Made by a program: the position numbers and the translations under genes
NCBI GenBank assembly: GCA_035289125.1
Contig: DATDXW010000039.1
Location: forward strand, 1-42,801
DNA from: an archaeon
GTDB lineage: Archaea; Aenigmatarchaeota; Aenigmatarchaeia; GW2011-AR5
Direction of reading: 5' to 3'
DNA length: 42,801 nt
Notes under the pieces: model-generated
What the model was told of the DNA's origin: nothing
Databases searched by the model: none
Seen by the model: only the letters and a program-made list of their open reading frames with translations
In this document: piece by piece, positions 24,037 to 32,682 of the stretch
Layout of the letters: the number at the start of each line of letters is the position of its first letter
Position numbering within the stretch: position 1 is the first letter of the stretch

Positions 24037-24780
24037 TCACTTCACAAAACTTATTGTCGCCCATATCAATACCATTCCTGCGAGCATGGAAGTGAGCTGC
24101 ACCACCGAAACGCGGGCACCGCGCTGTGCGACAAGCTGTGGCAGAAGGTCCGCGCTTGCTATATAGATAAAATGCCCTGCCGTATAAGCTAGAAGATAAG
24201 GCAGCGCGGTCTCAAGATGAGTAAGGAAGAAGAACCCGACTATGCCTCCTGCCACGGCGGCAAGCGCGGAAAGAAAGTTGAACATTATGGCTTTCGTCCT
24301 CGTGAACCCTCCATAAATGAACAGGAAAAAGTCGCCTATCTCCTGCGGTATCTCGTGAAATATTATCGCCATAGTCGTGGTTATGCCCAGCGCTGGAGAA
24401 GAAAGAAAGCTCGCTGCTATCACGATGCCGTCAATGAAATTATGGAACCCGTCCCCTATCAGGTTCAGGTACGTGAAGGCGTGCCTGTCCTTGGCGGCAT
24501 GGTGGTGATGCCAGTGGATGAATTTTTCCAGCATGAAAAAGCTCACGATACCAAAAAGCGTGAGGAGCATGACGTTAGGCGCCCCGTAATCAAGCGCCTC
24601 AGGTATCAGGTCCAGGAACGCCGCAGCCAGAAGCGTGCCCGTAGCGAAGCTCACCATCGCCGGCAGCATCCTGCCAACCAGCTTCTTGCTTGCCGAGAGG
24701 GTCATCACTCCAATAAGCGATACGAGGCTTACTGCCAATACTGCCGCAAGTATTTCAACGAGAACCATATCAATGACCAT
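24037..24780 (-). CDS. ZIP-family divalent metal transporter
   Basis: 247 aa, multi-TM. His-rich loop HWHHHHAAKDRH and the ZIP signature HEIPQEIGDF. Confidence 0.9.
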   Translation of the reverse strand: MVIDMVLVEILAAVLAVSLVSLIGVMTLSASKKLVGRMLPAMVSFATGTLLAAAFLDLIPEALDYGAPNVMLLTLFGIVSFFMLEKFIHWHHHHAAKDRHAFTYLNLIGDGFHNFIDGIVIAASFLSSPALGITTTMAIIFHEIPQEIGDFFLFIYGGFTRTKAIMFNFLSALAAVAGGIVGFFFLTHLETALPYLLAYTAGHFIYIASADLLPQLVAQRGARVSVVQLTSMLAGMVLIWATISFVK

Positions 24781-24943
24781 GCGAGGCGACGTCCAGCAAC
24801 TGTTCCGCCACGATTACAACGCCCATTATCAAAAGAAACATCGGCTCAAGCATCTGACCGGAAATGCCGCGCAATATGAGAATCACGCCTATGGCTATGG
24901 TTATCATGTTCACGACAAGGTCGAACATTCCCACGCCTTTCAT
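24770..24943 (-). CDS. Possible 57-aa two-TM membrane peptide, translationally coupled to the ZIP gene
   Basis: Hand translation MKGVGMFDLVVNMITIAIGVILILRGISGQMLEPMFLLIMGVVIVAEQLLDVASHGH. Its last codons overlap the ZIP ATG (CATGGTCATTGA). Below the ORF-track cutoff. Confidence 0.4.
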   Translation of the reverse strand: MKGVGMFDLVVNMITIAIGVILILRGISGQMLEPMFLLIMGVVIVAEQLLDVASHGH

Positions 24944-24959
24944 GACAGTATATCATCGG

Positions 24960-25021
24960 GTTAATAATAAATACTTTCATTGTTAATAATATTTCCATGA
25001 AATACGAAAGGTGTTATTAAC
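24960..25021. promoter_or_regulatory. Operator-like repeats GTTAATAAT (x2 direct, 22-bp spacing) plus one inverted TTATTAAC in the ZIP/NikR divergent region
   Basis: gttaataat at 24960-24968 and 24982-24990. ttattaac at 25014-25021, at the nikR-like start. Confidence 0.4.
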
Positions 25022-25403
25022 GGCAAAAATCGTGTCCGTGTCTTTAAGCGAAGCGCTACTGGACAAGCTGGACGCCGCTTCTGCGGAACTCGGCTTTTCG
25101 GGCCGCTCCGAAGCCGTGCGTGCAGGCGTGAACGCGCTACTGGACGAAGCCAAGAGCAGCGAGCTACGCGGCGAAACAGAGTGCATAATGCTCGTCATGC
25201 ACTCGCCGAAAGGGGAGGATGCCGTGACCAGGACGAAGCACGATTATGAGGGCATAATAAGAACGCAATTGCATTCCAACTTAAGCAACGGCAAGTGTAT
25301 GGAGATATTCGTCCTAAACGGCCCGGCAGAAAAAATAAAGGAATTCTACCACAAGGTCCGCGCCACGAAGAAAGTGGAAAGCGTCAGGCTCGTCGTGGCG
25401 TGA
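25011..25403 (+). CDS. nikR: NikR-family metal-responsive regulator (ribbon-helix-helix plus ACT-like metal-binding domain)
   Basis: RHH N-terminus IVSVSLSEALLDKLD...GFSGRSEAVRAGV. C-domain CIMLVMHSP...HDYEGIIRTQLHSNLSNGKCMEIFVLNG parallels the NikR His/Cys ligand pattern. Confidence 0.75.
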   Translation: MLLTAKIVSVSLSEALLDKLDAASAELGFSGRSEAVRAGVNALLDEAKSSELRGETECIMLVMHSPKGEDAVTRTKHDYEGIIRTQLHSNLSNGKCMEIFVLNGPAEKIKEFYHKVRATKKVESVRLVVA

Positions 25404-25408
25404 TGGGT

Positions 25409-25493
25409 GTTTCTTTTTCCAAGGTTTTTCTTTTGCAAATGGGCTTTCATTTATAAGATGTTTTCTTTTTCCAAGGTTTTTCTTTTGCAAAAA
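25409..25493. repeat. Two 31-32-nt T-rich direct repeats; the proximal one forms a terminator-like hairpin right after the tRNA 3' end
   Basis: gtttctttttccaaggtttttcttttgcaaa at 25409-25439 and, with one extra t, at 25460-25493. ttttcttttgcaaaaagaaaa is self-complementary. Confidence 0.7.
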
Positions 25494-25505
25494 GAAAAAG
25501 CTTAA

Positions 25506-25624
25506 CGGACCCGACGGGATTCGAACCCGCGACTTCTTTGGACCAAACGTTGGTCCGAAGCTTCGCTTTTTTCGCTTTACATGGCGAAAAATCAAGCGCT
25601 CTATCCAAGCTGAGCTACGGGCCC
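25506..25624 (-). tRNA. tRNA gene with about 44 nt of inserted sequence (two hairpins); anticodon not resolved by eye
   Basis: Minus strand: GGGCCCG-TA-GCTC-AGCTTGGATA-GAGC ... AAGTC-GCGGG-TTCGAAT-CCCGT-CGGGTCC-G. The middle holds TTTTTCGC-CATGTAAA-GCGAAAAA and GGACCAA-CGT-TTGGTCC. The Lys/Arg-like body and G discriminator are suggestive only. Confidence 0.7.
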
Positions 25625-25795
25625 GATTAATTATAGTCCGCAAGGCTTAAAGCAGTTTATAAAGGTTGCTGCGTTCCATTTTATACGCAGTATGTGATAA
25701 GACGCGGGCGAAAAATGGAAAAGAAACCGCCACGAATGCGATTGAGAATATGCCATAAATACGGGCATATGTTTAACTAACAGAAGTGAATTAGA

Positions 25796-26269
25796 ATGCG
25801 CACGGGGCAAATGATAACACAGATGGAAGGAGATGAGACTTCATTACCGCGAAGGATAACTGTGTATACATCGGATATGAGGCAGGTAGGTTTACAATAT
25901 GACCGCCCATGGGAAACAGTCGTCATTAATTCTGCAGAGAATCGAGGATGCCCAGAATTTGGTGACTATATCTTACACGCGGAAGGACTAGAAGGACGTG
26001 CATTGCATCATTATCATGTTGTTGTCGAAATGCGAAAGCATGGTTATATGCCAATTTCCCATCAAGACGACTTTGAAGAAAGAAGGAAAGATGAAGAATG
26101 CGAAGCGCTATGTGCAGATCTAAATGCGTTAAGTATTGTATTTGCAAAACTAAACGGCATAAAAATTTGGAATGAACGATTGGCCGAAATTCCAAACTTG
26201 GCGTTTACATCCGAAGAACTTGAAAAAATAAGATTTCTGAAATATTTACGAGATTGCGGAATGATTTAA
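25796..26269 (+). CDS. Hypothetical protein (157 aa), AT-rich
   Basis: Isolated ORF between a tRNA gene and gatB. No family recognised. Confidence 0.45.
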   Translation: MRTGQMITQMEGDETSLPRRITVYTSDMRQVGLQYDRPWETVVINSAENRGCPEFGDYILHAEGLEGRALHHYHVVVEMRKHGYMPISHQDDFEERRKDEECEALCADLNALSIVFAKLNGIKIWNERLAEIPNLAFTSEELEKIRFLKYLRDCGMI

Positions 26270-26347
26270 CCGAGTAATTTTCTGTCGTCTATCGAATATT
26301 TTCTGAAACCAGATAATTTTTGTGAGCGCCTGAATTAGACTTAACAA

Positions 26348-27709
26348 TTATTTCATTGCTTTCTCTACTGCTTTCCGCGCCGCCTCGGGCTTCGCCCTGC
26401 CCTTCGTCTTTTTCATGAGCTGCCCGATGAGGAAGTTTAACGATTCTTTCTTTCCGGCACGATAGTCTTCCGCCGCTTTCGCGTTTTCTTTCACCACGTC
26501 CTTTGCCAGCGCGTCCAACTTTTTGTCATCGCCTATGGCGGCAAGACCTTTCGCCAGCGTTTCCGGCTCCTGCGGCTTCTCCACCATCTTTCTGAATATT
26601 CCTTCGCCCGCCTGTTCCGTAATCTTGCCTGAGCTAACCATCGTTAATAGCTTGATTATCTGCTCATCCGTTATTCCCGTGTCCTTCATTCTCACGCCGT
26701 TATAATTCAGCGTCTTCTTTATGTCGCCTGCGAACCACTTCGCCGCGAAAGGCGCGTCTATCTTCTTTGAAACGCCTTCAAACATCTGCGCCAAGTCAAT
26801 CTCCGACACGATGGCTTCCGCCAGCACGCCGCTTACGCCCATCTTCGCGTATCGCTTTATCTTGTCCCGAGCCATCTCAGGTAGCGTCTTCTTTATCGCT
26901 TCTATAGATGCCTTTGCCAGCGTAACGCGCGGCAAATCCGGCTCAAATATATAGCCGTAATCGTCTTCCTCTTCTTTCGAACGTTGCGAGCGCGTGATGC
27001 CTGTGAGCGCGTCCCATCCACGCGTTTCTCTGGCTATCGCCACGTTGCGCTTTATCAAGTTGTTCTGCCTTATGCCCTCGTACGTCAGCGCCCGCTCCAA
27101 TTCCTTGAAGCCCGTGATGTTCTTTATCTCCACCCGCACGTCGCTTATGGAAATGTTCCCGTCCACTCTCATTGAGCCTTCGACAGACGGGTCCATGACA
27201 CCCAGATATTCAAGTATGCTCGCCAGCTGCTGAAGGAACAGCCGCGCCTCTTTCGGCGTCGCAAAATCCGGCTCAGTAACTATCTCGCACAGCGGCACGC
27301 CCGAGCGGTTGTAGTCCACTAAGACGTAGTTTTTTTCGTGTACGATTCGCGCCGGGTCTTCCTCCATCTGCACGCGCCGTATGCGTATTTTCTTGCCGGC
27401 TACGTCTAACGCCCCGCCCTGCGCTATCGGCATTTCGTATTGTGTTATCTGGAAGTTCTTGCCCATGTCCGGATAGAAATAATTCTTGCGCGAGAAGAGC
27501 ATCTCTTTTGGAAACGCACAGTCGAGCGCCAGTCCTATCTTCGCCGCCGCCTCAACGGCTTTTTCGTTCAGCACAGGCTTGCTGCCGGGAAAGCCGAGGC
27601 AGTATTCGCACGTTTGCGTGTTGGGCTCCTCGCTGTGCCGATTCGGGCACGCGCAGAACAGCTTCGTCTTTGTGAGCAGCTGAACGTGAACTTCCAGTCC
27701 GATTTTCAT
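26348..27709 (-). CDS. gatB: Asp/Glu-tRNA amidotransferase subunit B
   Basis: Start moved to MKIGLEVHVQL (27709); the track ORF extension overlaps the GNAT gene. Conserved CEYCLGFPGSKP, DYNRSGVPLCEIVTEPD and a C-terminal YqeY-like tail. Confidence 0.9.
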   Translation of the reverse strand: MKIGLEVHVQLLTKTKLFCACPNRHSEEPNTQTCEYCLGFPGSKPVLNEKAVEAAAKIGLALDCAFPKEMLFSRKNYFYPDMGKNFQITQYEMPIAQGGALDVAGKKIRIRRVQMEEDPARIVHEKNYVLVDYNRSGVPLCEIVTEPDFATPKEARLFLQQLASILEYLGVMDPSVEGSMRVDGNISISDVRVEIKNITGFKELERALTYEGIRQNNLIKRNVAIARETRGWDALTGITRSQRSKEEEDDYGYIFEPDLPRVTLAKASIEAIKKTLPEMARDKIKRYAKMGVSGVLAEAIVSEIDLAQMFEGVSKKIDAPFAAKWFAGDIKKTLNYNGVRMKDTGITDEQIIKLLTMVSSGKITEQAGEGIFRKMVEKPQEPETLAKGLAAIGDDKKLDALAKDVVKENAKAAEDYRAGKKESLNFLIGQLMKKTKGRAKPEAARKAVEKAMK

Positions 27710-27714
27710 GATTA

Positions 27715-28269
27715 TCACTTCAATTTTTTGTAAACGAGCATAAGATCCACCCACTTTCCGTAGTAATCTAAAGCTTTCGGTATTTTTCCCACTTTCTTGA
27801 ATCCCATTTTTCTGTGAAATATCATAGATGCCCTGTTGTTGGCGAAATAAGAGGAATATATCATATCCACGTAAATGTCTTTGCATATTTTTTCGACAGT
27901 TCCCAGCATCTTCTTCGCAATTCCAAATCTCCTGTAATCATGAGAAACGGAAAGTCCGAGCTCTCCTATTCTATATGTAGCTCCCCGGCCGATGCGTATT
28001 CCCAATCCGCCTATAATCATTCCACTGGACTCGGCACAAACATAAATGAGTCTTTTCTCATTCGAATTGCCAATAGCTTCTTTGACCCACTTCTTTTCTT
28101 CGCCAAGTGTGTACTTCTTATTATCAAGTATCTTCGCTCTTTCTGCTACCAGAGAGTTTATTAGTTTAAGGAGCCCCTTTGCGTCACTCCTCTTAACGAA
28201 ACGTATTACTACTTCCTCGCCGTTCTTCAGCACGAATTTGTCAATCACTTTCCCTTCCGTGAATATCAT
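27715..28269 (-). CDS. GNAT-family N-acetyltransferase, embedded between gatA and gatB
   Basis: 184 aa. Acetyl-CoA motif region VSHDYRRFGIAKKML...NNRASMIFHRKMGFK. Its ATG overlaps the gatA stop (ATGA). Visibly more AT-rich than gatA and gatB. Confidence 0.8.
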   Translation of the reverse strand: MIFTEGKVIDKFVLKNGEEVVIRFVKRSDAKGLLKLINSLVAERAKILDNKKYTLGEEKKWVKEAIGNSNEKRLIYVCAESSGMIIGGLGIRIGRGATYRIGELGLSVSHDYRRFGIAKKMLGTVEKICKDIYVDMIYSSYFANNRASMIFHRKMGFKKVGKIPKALDYYGKWVDLMLVYKKLK

Positions 28270-29612
28270 TCTTTCCCCTCGTAAGCGAAAGCGAGCGAAA
28301 TTATTTTTTCCTCCTGTAGATGGTCGCCGATTAGATGGATGCCCGTCATTCGCGCGCAGGGCACGCTCACCGCCGGCATTCCCGCGAGATTGTGGGGCAC
28401 CGTAAGCGCATCCATCTGGTAAGTCTGCATCGGCGTAAGCTTCTCTATTTCCGAAAACTTCGGCGGGAGCGCAGGCATCGTCGGCGCGGCTATCGCGTCG
28501 AACTTTGAGAAAATCCGTTTAAAATCTTTGATTACGAGCGTCCGCATTTTCATTGCTTTGAGATAATAAGCGTTCCTGTATCCGGCCATTCTTGCATACG
28601 TTCCGAGTATTATCCTACGCTTAGCTTCCGCGCCAAACCCGGCAGTGCGGACGGACGTAAAGTATTGGTTGAAGTCGCCCTTCATTGCCTGTTCCATGCC
28701 GTACCTCATGCCGCAGTAGCGGGCAAGGTTCGTGGACGCTTCAACCGTCGCGATTATGTAATATGCGTAAAGTGCGCTCTGCGTCGTGGGTAGCGAAACT
28801 TCCTCGTACGTAACGCCGTCTGACTCAAGTCGCTTTATCGCTACCCAGGCATTTTTTTCCACGTTTTTCTCCACGTTGATAAAATATTCTTTCGGCACCG
28901 CCATCTTCATCCCTTTGACGCTGCGCGTTTTCGTGTAATCTTTTTTCTTCGCGTCCAGCGACGTTGAGTCTTTTTCGTCTCTCCCTGCTATCAATGAAAG
29001 CGCAAAAGCCGCATCCCACACGCTCTTCCCCATCGTTCCTATCTTGTCCAGCGAGTTAGCGTAGTCAATGAGACCGTAACGAGAAACCAATCCATACGTC
29101 GGCGTGATGCCAACGACACCGCAGAACGCCGAGGGACATGAAATCGAACCACCCGTGCTTTCAGCGAGCGCGACGTGCGGCACGCTCAAAGCCGCCGTGA
29201 GCCCGGCTGCCCCGCCCGAAGAGCCGCCGCACGTTCTCTCTGTATCCAGCGGGTTCTTCGGTATGCCCCAACCGGAATTCACGGAAAACGTGCCGAAACC
29301 GAACTCGTCTTGATTCGTCTTGCCTATGATGCTGCCTGCGTCACGCATCTTCGTAACGGCAGTGGCGTCAAACGTCGGTTTGTATCCTGCAAGTATGCGC
29401 GACCCTGCGGTGCTCTGCATTCCTTTCACGCAGATATTATCCTTGACGGAAATGGGCATCCCTTTCCCCTTCATCCCTTCCTCGTGCTGGAAGAATTCAT
29501 GCTTGCGCAGCGCTTTCAGTTCGCGGTTGAACGCTTCGTTGAAATCCTGCTGGTCAACGCTACCGGCTTTCAGCGACGCGAGAAACTCTTTTACGGAAAT
29601 ATTATACTTCAT
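28266..29612 (-). CDS. gatA: Asp/Glu-tRNA amidotransferase subunit A (amidase signature family)
   Basis: 448 aa. Amidase signature GGSSGGAAGLTAA...STGGSISCPSAFCGVVGITPTYG. Confidence 0.95.
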   Translation of the reverse strand: MKYNISVKEFLASLKAGSVDQQDFNEAFNRELKALRKHEFFQHEEGMKGKGMPISVKDNICVKGMQSTAGSRILAGYKPTFDATAVTKMRDAGSIIGKTNQDEFGFGTFSVNSGWGIPKNPLDTERTCGGSSGGAAGLTAALSVPHVALAESTGGSISCPSAFCGVVGITPTYGLVSRYGLIDYANSLDKIGTMGKSVWDAAFALSLIAGRDEKDSTSLDAKKKDYTKTRSVKGMKMAVPKEYFINVEKNVEKNAWVAIKRLESDGVTYEEVSLPTTQSALYAYYIIATVEASTNLARYCGMRYGMEQAMKGDFNQYFTSVRTAGFGAEAKRRIILGTYARMAGYRNAYYLKAMKMRTLVIKDFKRIFSKFDAIAAPTMPALPPKFSEIEKLTPMQTYQMDALTVPHNLAGMPAVSVPCARMTGIHLIGDHLQEEKIISLAFAYEGKE

Positions 29613-29881
29613 TTGTCAATCACTTTCGGGCCCTTGAAAAATCCTTTCTCCTTGTGTCTCGTGTTTGAAAGCGCTTCCTCGCGTGTTAAGCATTTTCCGG
29701 CGGTGTCGTCGCGCATGACGTTCTCTATGTCAACCGGCCGGAAGCTCGGCTCTTCGCCTTCGGCGACGCTCAGCGCATCAAACGCTTTTATCACGTCACC
29801 GAGCTCCCGCGAGAATCTTTCCACTTCTGCGTCCGTTAACTCAAGTCGTGCCAGCTTCGCGATTTTGCGCACTTCATCCAT
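29609..29881 (-). CDS. gatC: Asp/Glu-tRNA amidotransferase subunit C
   Basis: 90 aa. MDEVRKIAKLARLELTDAEVERF is the typical GatC start. 4-nt overlap with gatA. Confidence 0.85.
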   Translation of the reverse strand: MDEVRKIAKLARLELTDAEVERFSRELGDVIKAFDALSVAEGEEPSFRPVDIENVMRDDTAGKCLTREEALSNTRHKEKGFFKGPKVIDK

Positions 29882-29911
29882 TCAGATAGTTACAAAGCAT
29901 ATTTATTAAAT

Positions 29912-30211
29912 TCATCGCCTGAGGAGCTTTTCCGTTCTTTCCAGCAGTTTCTTTCCTTCTTTCAGCTGCTCCAGCCCCTTCTCCGTGGAGCGGTAATAAT
30001 TCTTGCCGTCTTTTTCAACATAACCGCCCGCCTCAAGCAGAAACAGAACTTTATACGACGTCACTTCGCCCGGCAGGAACGCGAATCTTTTTTGCACCAG
30101 CGCCCTCAACTCGCTCCGCTTGCGGGCTTTCTCTTTGAGAAGCGCCACAAGAAAAATCCAGAGGTTCTCCTTAAGGAGCTTTTCCTCCAGCCGCTGGAGA
30201 GGCGTACGCAT
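29912..30211 (-). CDS. PadR-family winged-helix transcriptional regulator
   Basis: 99 aa. LWIFLVALLKEKARKRSELRALV...GEVTSYKVLFLLEAGGYVEK matches the PadR wHTH pattern. Confidence 0.75.
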   Translation of the reverse strand: MRTPLQRLEEKLLKENLWIFLVALLKEKARKRSELRALVQKRFAFLPGEVTSYKVLFLLEAGGYVEKDGKNYYRSTEKGLEQLKEGKKLLERTEKLLRR

Positions 30212-30214
30212 AAG

Positions 30215-30274
30215 TTTTTACAGTCTGTGAAACTTAAATAGTATCGCATACAAGAAATTTTACAGTCTGTAAAA
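30215..30274. promoter_or_regulatory. Two copies of the palindromic operator-like site TTTACAG-T-CTGT(G/A)AAA between the PadR gene and ino1
   Basis: Site 1 at 30215-30232 and site 2 at 30258-30274. The centres are 42 bp apart. ttaaata lies between them. The sites fill the 71-bp divergent intergenic region. Confidence 0.6.
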
Positions 30275-30282
30275 GTGATATC

Positions 30283-31356
30283 ATGGATAAGATAAGGGTT
30301 GCAATCATAGGCGTGGGCAATTGCGCCTCGTCGCTCGTTCAGGGAATCCATTACTATAAGGACGCGAAAAACTCCGTCCCGGGAATAATGCACACCGACA
30401 TCGGCGGCTACCACATCGGCGACATAGTGGTAGTCGCGGCGTTTGACATAAACAAGACCAAAGTCGGCAAGGATTTGAGCGAGGCTATTTTCGCCGCGCC
30501 GAACAACACCGTGAAGTTCTCGGACGTTCCGCATACGGGCGTTACGGTGGAACGCGGCATGACGCACGACGGCCTCGGAAAATATCTATCGCAGATAATA
30601 GAAAAGGCCCCGGGGCCCACGGCGAACATAATAGGCATCCTGAAAGAAAGGAAGGTGGACATCGTCATCAATTATCTTCCCGTAGGCAGCGAGGAAGCGA
30701 CGAAGTGGTACGTAGAGCAGACACTGGCAGCCGGATGCGGCTTTGTCAACTGCATTCCCGTGTTTATCGCCCGCGAAGAGTACTGGCAAAAGCGGTTCGA
30801 GCAGGCGGGCGTCCCGATAGTCGGCGATGACATAAAATCGCAGGTGGGCGCCACGATTGTCCACCGCGTCCTCGCCAATCTTTTCAGGAACCGCGGCGTA
30901 CGCTTGGACAGGACAATGCAATTAAATGTGGGGGGAAACATGGATTTTCTCAACATGCTTGAGCGCGAGAGGCTTGAGTCGAAGAAAATATCCAAGACAA
31001 ATGCCGTGATTTCGCAACTGGATTATGAGATACCGAAGAAAAACGTCCACATCGGTCCTTCTGATTACGTGGAATGGTTGGACGACAGGAAGTGGGCTTT
31101 CATTCGTCTGGAAGGCACGTCTTTCGGCGACGTTCCGCTCAATATAGAATTAAAGCTGGAAGTCGTGGACTCGCCGAATTCGGCGGGCGTTGCCGTGGAC
31201 GCGATACGCTGCTGCAAGCTTGCCATGGACAGGAATATAAGCGGCACGCTGACGTCACCGTCGTCATACCTGATGAAGTCCCCGCCAAAGCAGTTCACGG
31301 ACGAAGTCGCGCGCCAGAATACGGAAGAATTCATCACCGGGAAGCGGGAGCGGTAA
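30283..31356 (+). CDS. ino1: myo-Inositol-1-phosphate synthase
   Basis: 357 aa. N-terminal [23 protein letters not shown] is the hallmark NAD-binding start of prokaryotic MIPS. Confidence 0.9.
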   Translation: MDKIRVAIIGVGNCASSLVQGIHYYKDAKNSVPGIMHTDIGGYHIGDIVVVAAFDINKTKVGKDLSEAIFAAPNNTVKFSDVPHTGVTVERGMTHDGLGKYLSQIIEKAPGPTANIIGILKERKVDIVINYLPVGSEEATKWYVEQTLAAGCGFVNCIPVFIAREEYWQKRFEQAGVPIVGDDIKSQVGATIVHRVLANLFRNRGVRLDRTMQLNVGGNMDFLNMLERERLESKKISKTNAVISQLDYEIPKKNVHIGPSDYVEWLDDRKWAFIRLEGTSFGDVPLNIELKLEVVDSPNSAGVAVDAIRCCKLAMDRNISGTLTSPSSYLMKSPPKQFTDEVARQNTEEFITGKRER

Positions 31357-31569
31357 TTGTTATCCCAATCATCCCATAGCAGTGTAATAATCAAAAACGG
31401 CAGGTTATTCTACCTTCCCTAAATTCTTCGGGTGTAAAGACGTATCCCATAACCAAATAAGAAAGAGAATCGTTAAAACCACAAAAAAGCCAGCAGGCGG
31501 GAGAAGAGAGCGTACTTGATGTTCGTTTCCTTCTCCCGCTGCCGCTATGGGGTGTGGTACCTATAAGGT

Positions 31570-32604
31570 TCAGTGGAGCATCTCTATGCCCAGTTCGTGG
31601 CCTACTTTCGCGGCGACTTCCTCGCTACGCGTGGGTCCGAGGACGTAAGCGGATTTGACGCCTGTCACCACGGTTATCACCTGTATCTTTCCGCGGTATT
31701 CGGGCAGTATCCTTGCTCCCCAGATGACCTGCGCCTTCGGGTCCAGTTCGCTCTGGATCCGGCCACCTATAAGGTCTATCTCGTCCAGTCGCATATCGTC
31801 CCCGCCTATAACCTGGATAAGCGCGCCGCTTGCGCCTGCGTAGTCCACGTCAAGCAGCGGATGGTTCATCGCCTTCGTGACGGCTTCTTCCGCCCTGTTG
31901 CTGCCTTCAGCCTCGCCGACGCCTATCGTCGCCACGCCGCCCGAGCGCATTATTGCCCGTACGTCCGCGTAGTCTAAGTTTACTAGTGATGGCTCGGATA
32001 TCGTCTCGGTTATGCCCTTTATCATCGTCGCCACCAAGTCGTCAGCTATGCCAAACGCCTGCTTCAGCGGCATATCTCCCGCCAGTTCCAGCAACCGCTG
32101 GTTCTCAATAACGATTACCGTATCGCATATCTCGCGCAGGTACATCAGCCCTTCTTCGGCTTTCCTTATCCTTGCGCCTTCCAGCTTGAACGGCAACGTC
32201 ACAACAGCTATTACTATAGCGCCTGTTTCCCGTGCTATGCGTGCCACGACAGGCAAAGAACCCGTTCCCGTACCGCCTCCGAGGCCGCACGTGACGAATA
32301 CAAGGTCCATTCCCTGCATTATCTCACGTATGTCTGCCTTCGTTTCAAGAGCCGCGTTCCTGCCTACTTCAGGATAGCCACCCGCTCCCAAGCCACGGGT
32401 TAGCTGCCTGCCGATAAGAATCCTCTTGTGCGCTTCCGTGACTCTAAGATGGTTCACGTCCGTGTTTATTGCCACTGTTGTAGCACCGCGAATGGTTTTT
32501 CTCGTGAGCGCAGTGATCGTATTGCAGCCACCGCCGCCCGCTCCTACGACCATTATTCTCGCTTTGTGCGACTCAAAAACCTCCTGTTCTGACATATTGA
32601 ACAC
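31570..32604 (-). CDS. ftsZ: Cell division GTPase FtsZ
   Basis: 344 aa. Tubulin signature GLGGGTGTGSLPVVA and N-terminal VVGAGGGGCNTI. Confidence 0.95.
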   Translation of the reverse strand: MFNMSEQEVFESHKARIMVVGAGGGGCNTITALTRKTIRGATTVAINTDVNHLRVTEAHKRILIGRQLTRGLGAGGYPEVGRNAALETKADIREIMQGMDLVFVTCGLGGGTGTGSLPVVARIARETGAIVIAVVTLPFKLEGARIRKAEEGLMYLREICDTVIVIENQRLLELAGDMPLKQAFGIADDLVATMIKGITETISEPSLVNLDYADVRAIMRSGGVATIGVGEAEGSNRAEEAVTKAMNHPLLDVDYAGASGALIQVIGGDDMRLDEIDLIGGRIQSELDPKAQVIWGARILPEYRGKIQVITVVTGVKSAYVLGPTRSEEVAAKVGHELGIEMLH

Positions 32605-32682
32605 CCCTCTTTCGGAATTTATATTTTGGAATATGGAATAGCTTTTATAGTGAGTATGCCTATATTCCCCCTAGAAACAGCT

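Noticed and set aside
25409-25493. Possible mini-CRISPR (two 31-nt direct repeats with a roughly 20-nt spacer)
   Set aside because: There are only two copies. They are T-rich and low-complexity, with no cas genes nearby. The proximal copy forms a hairpin right after a tRNA 3' end, so a duplicated terminator or trailer is more likely.
27710-27886. 59-codon N-terminal extension of the gatB ORF
   Set aside because: It overlaps the GNAT gene 3' end. The conserved GatB start MKIGLEVHVQL begins at 27709.
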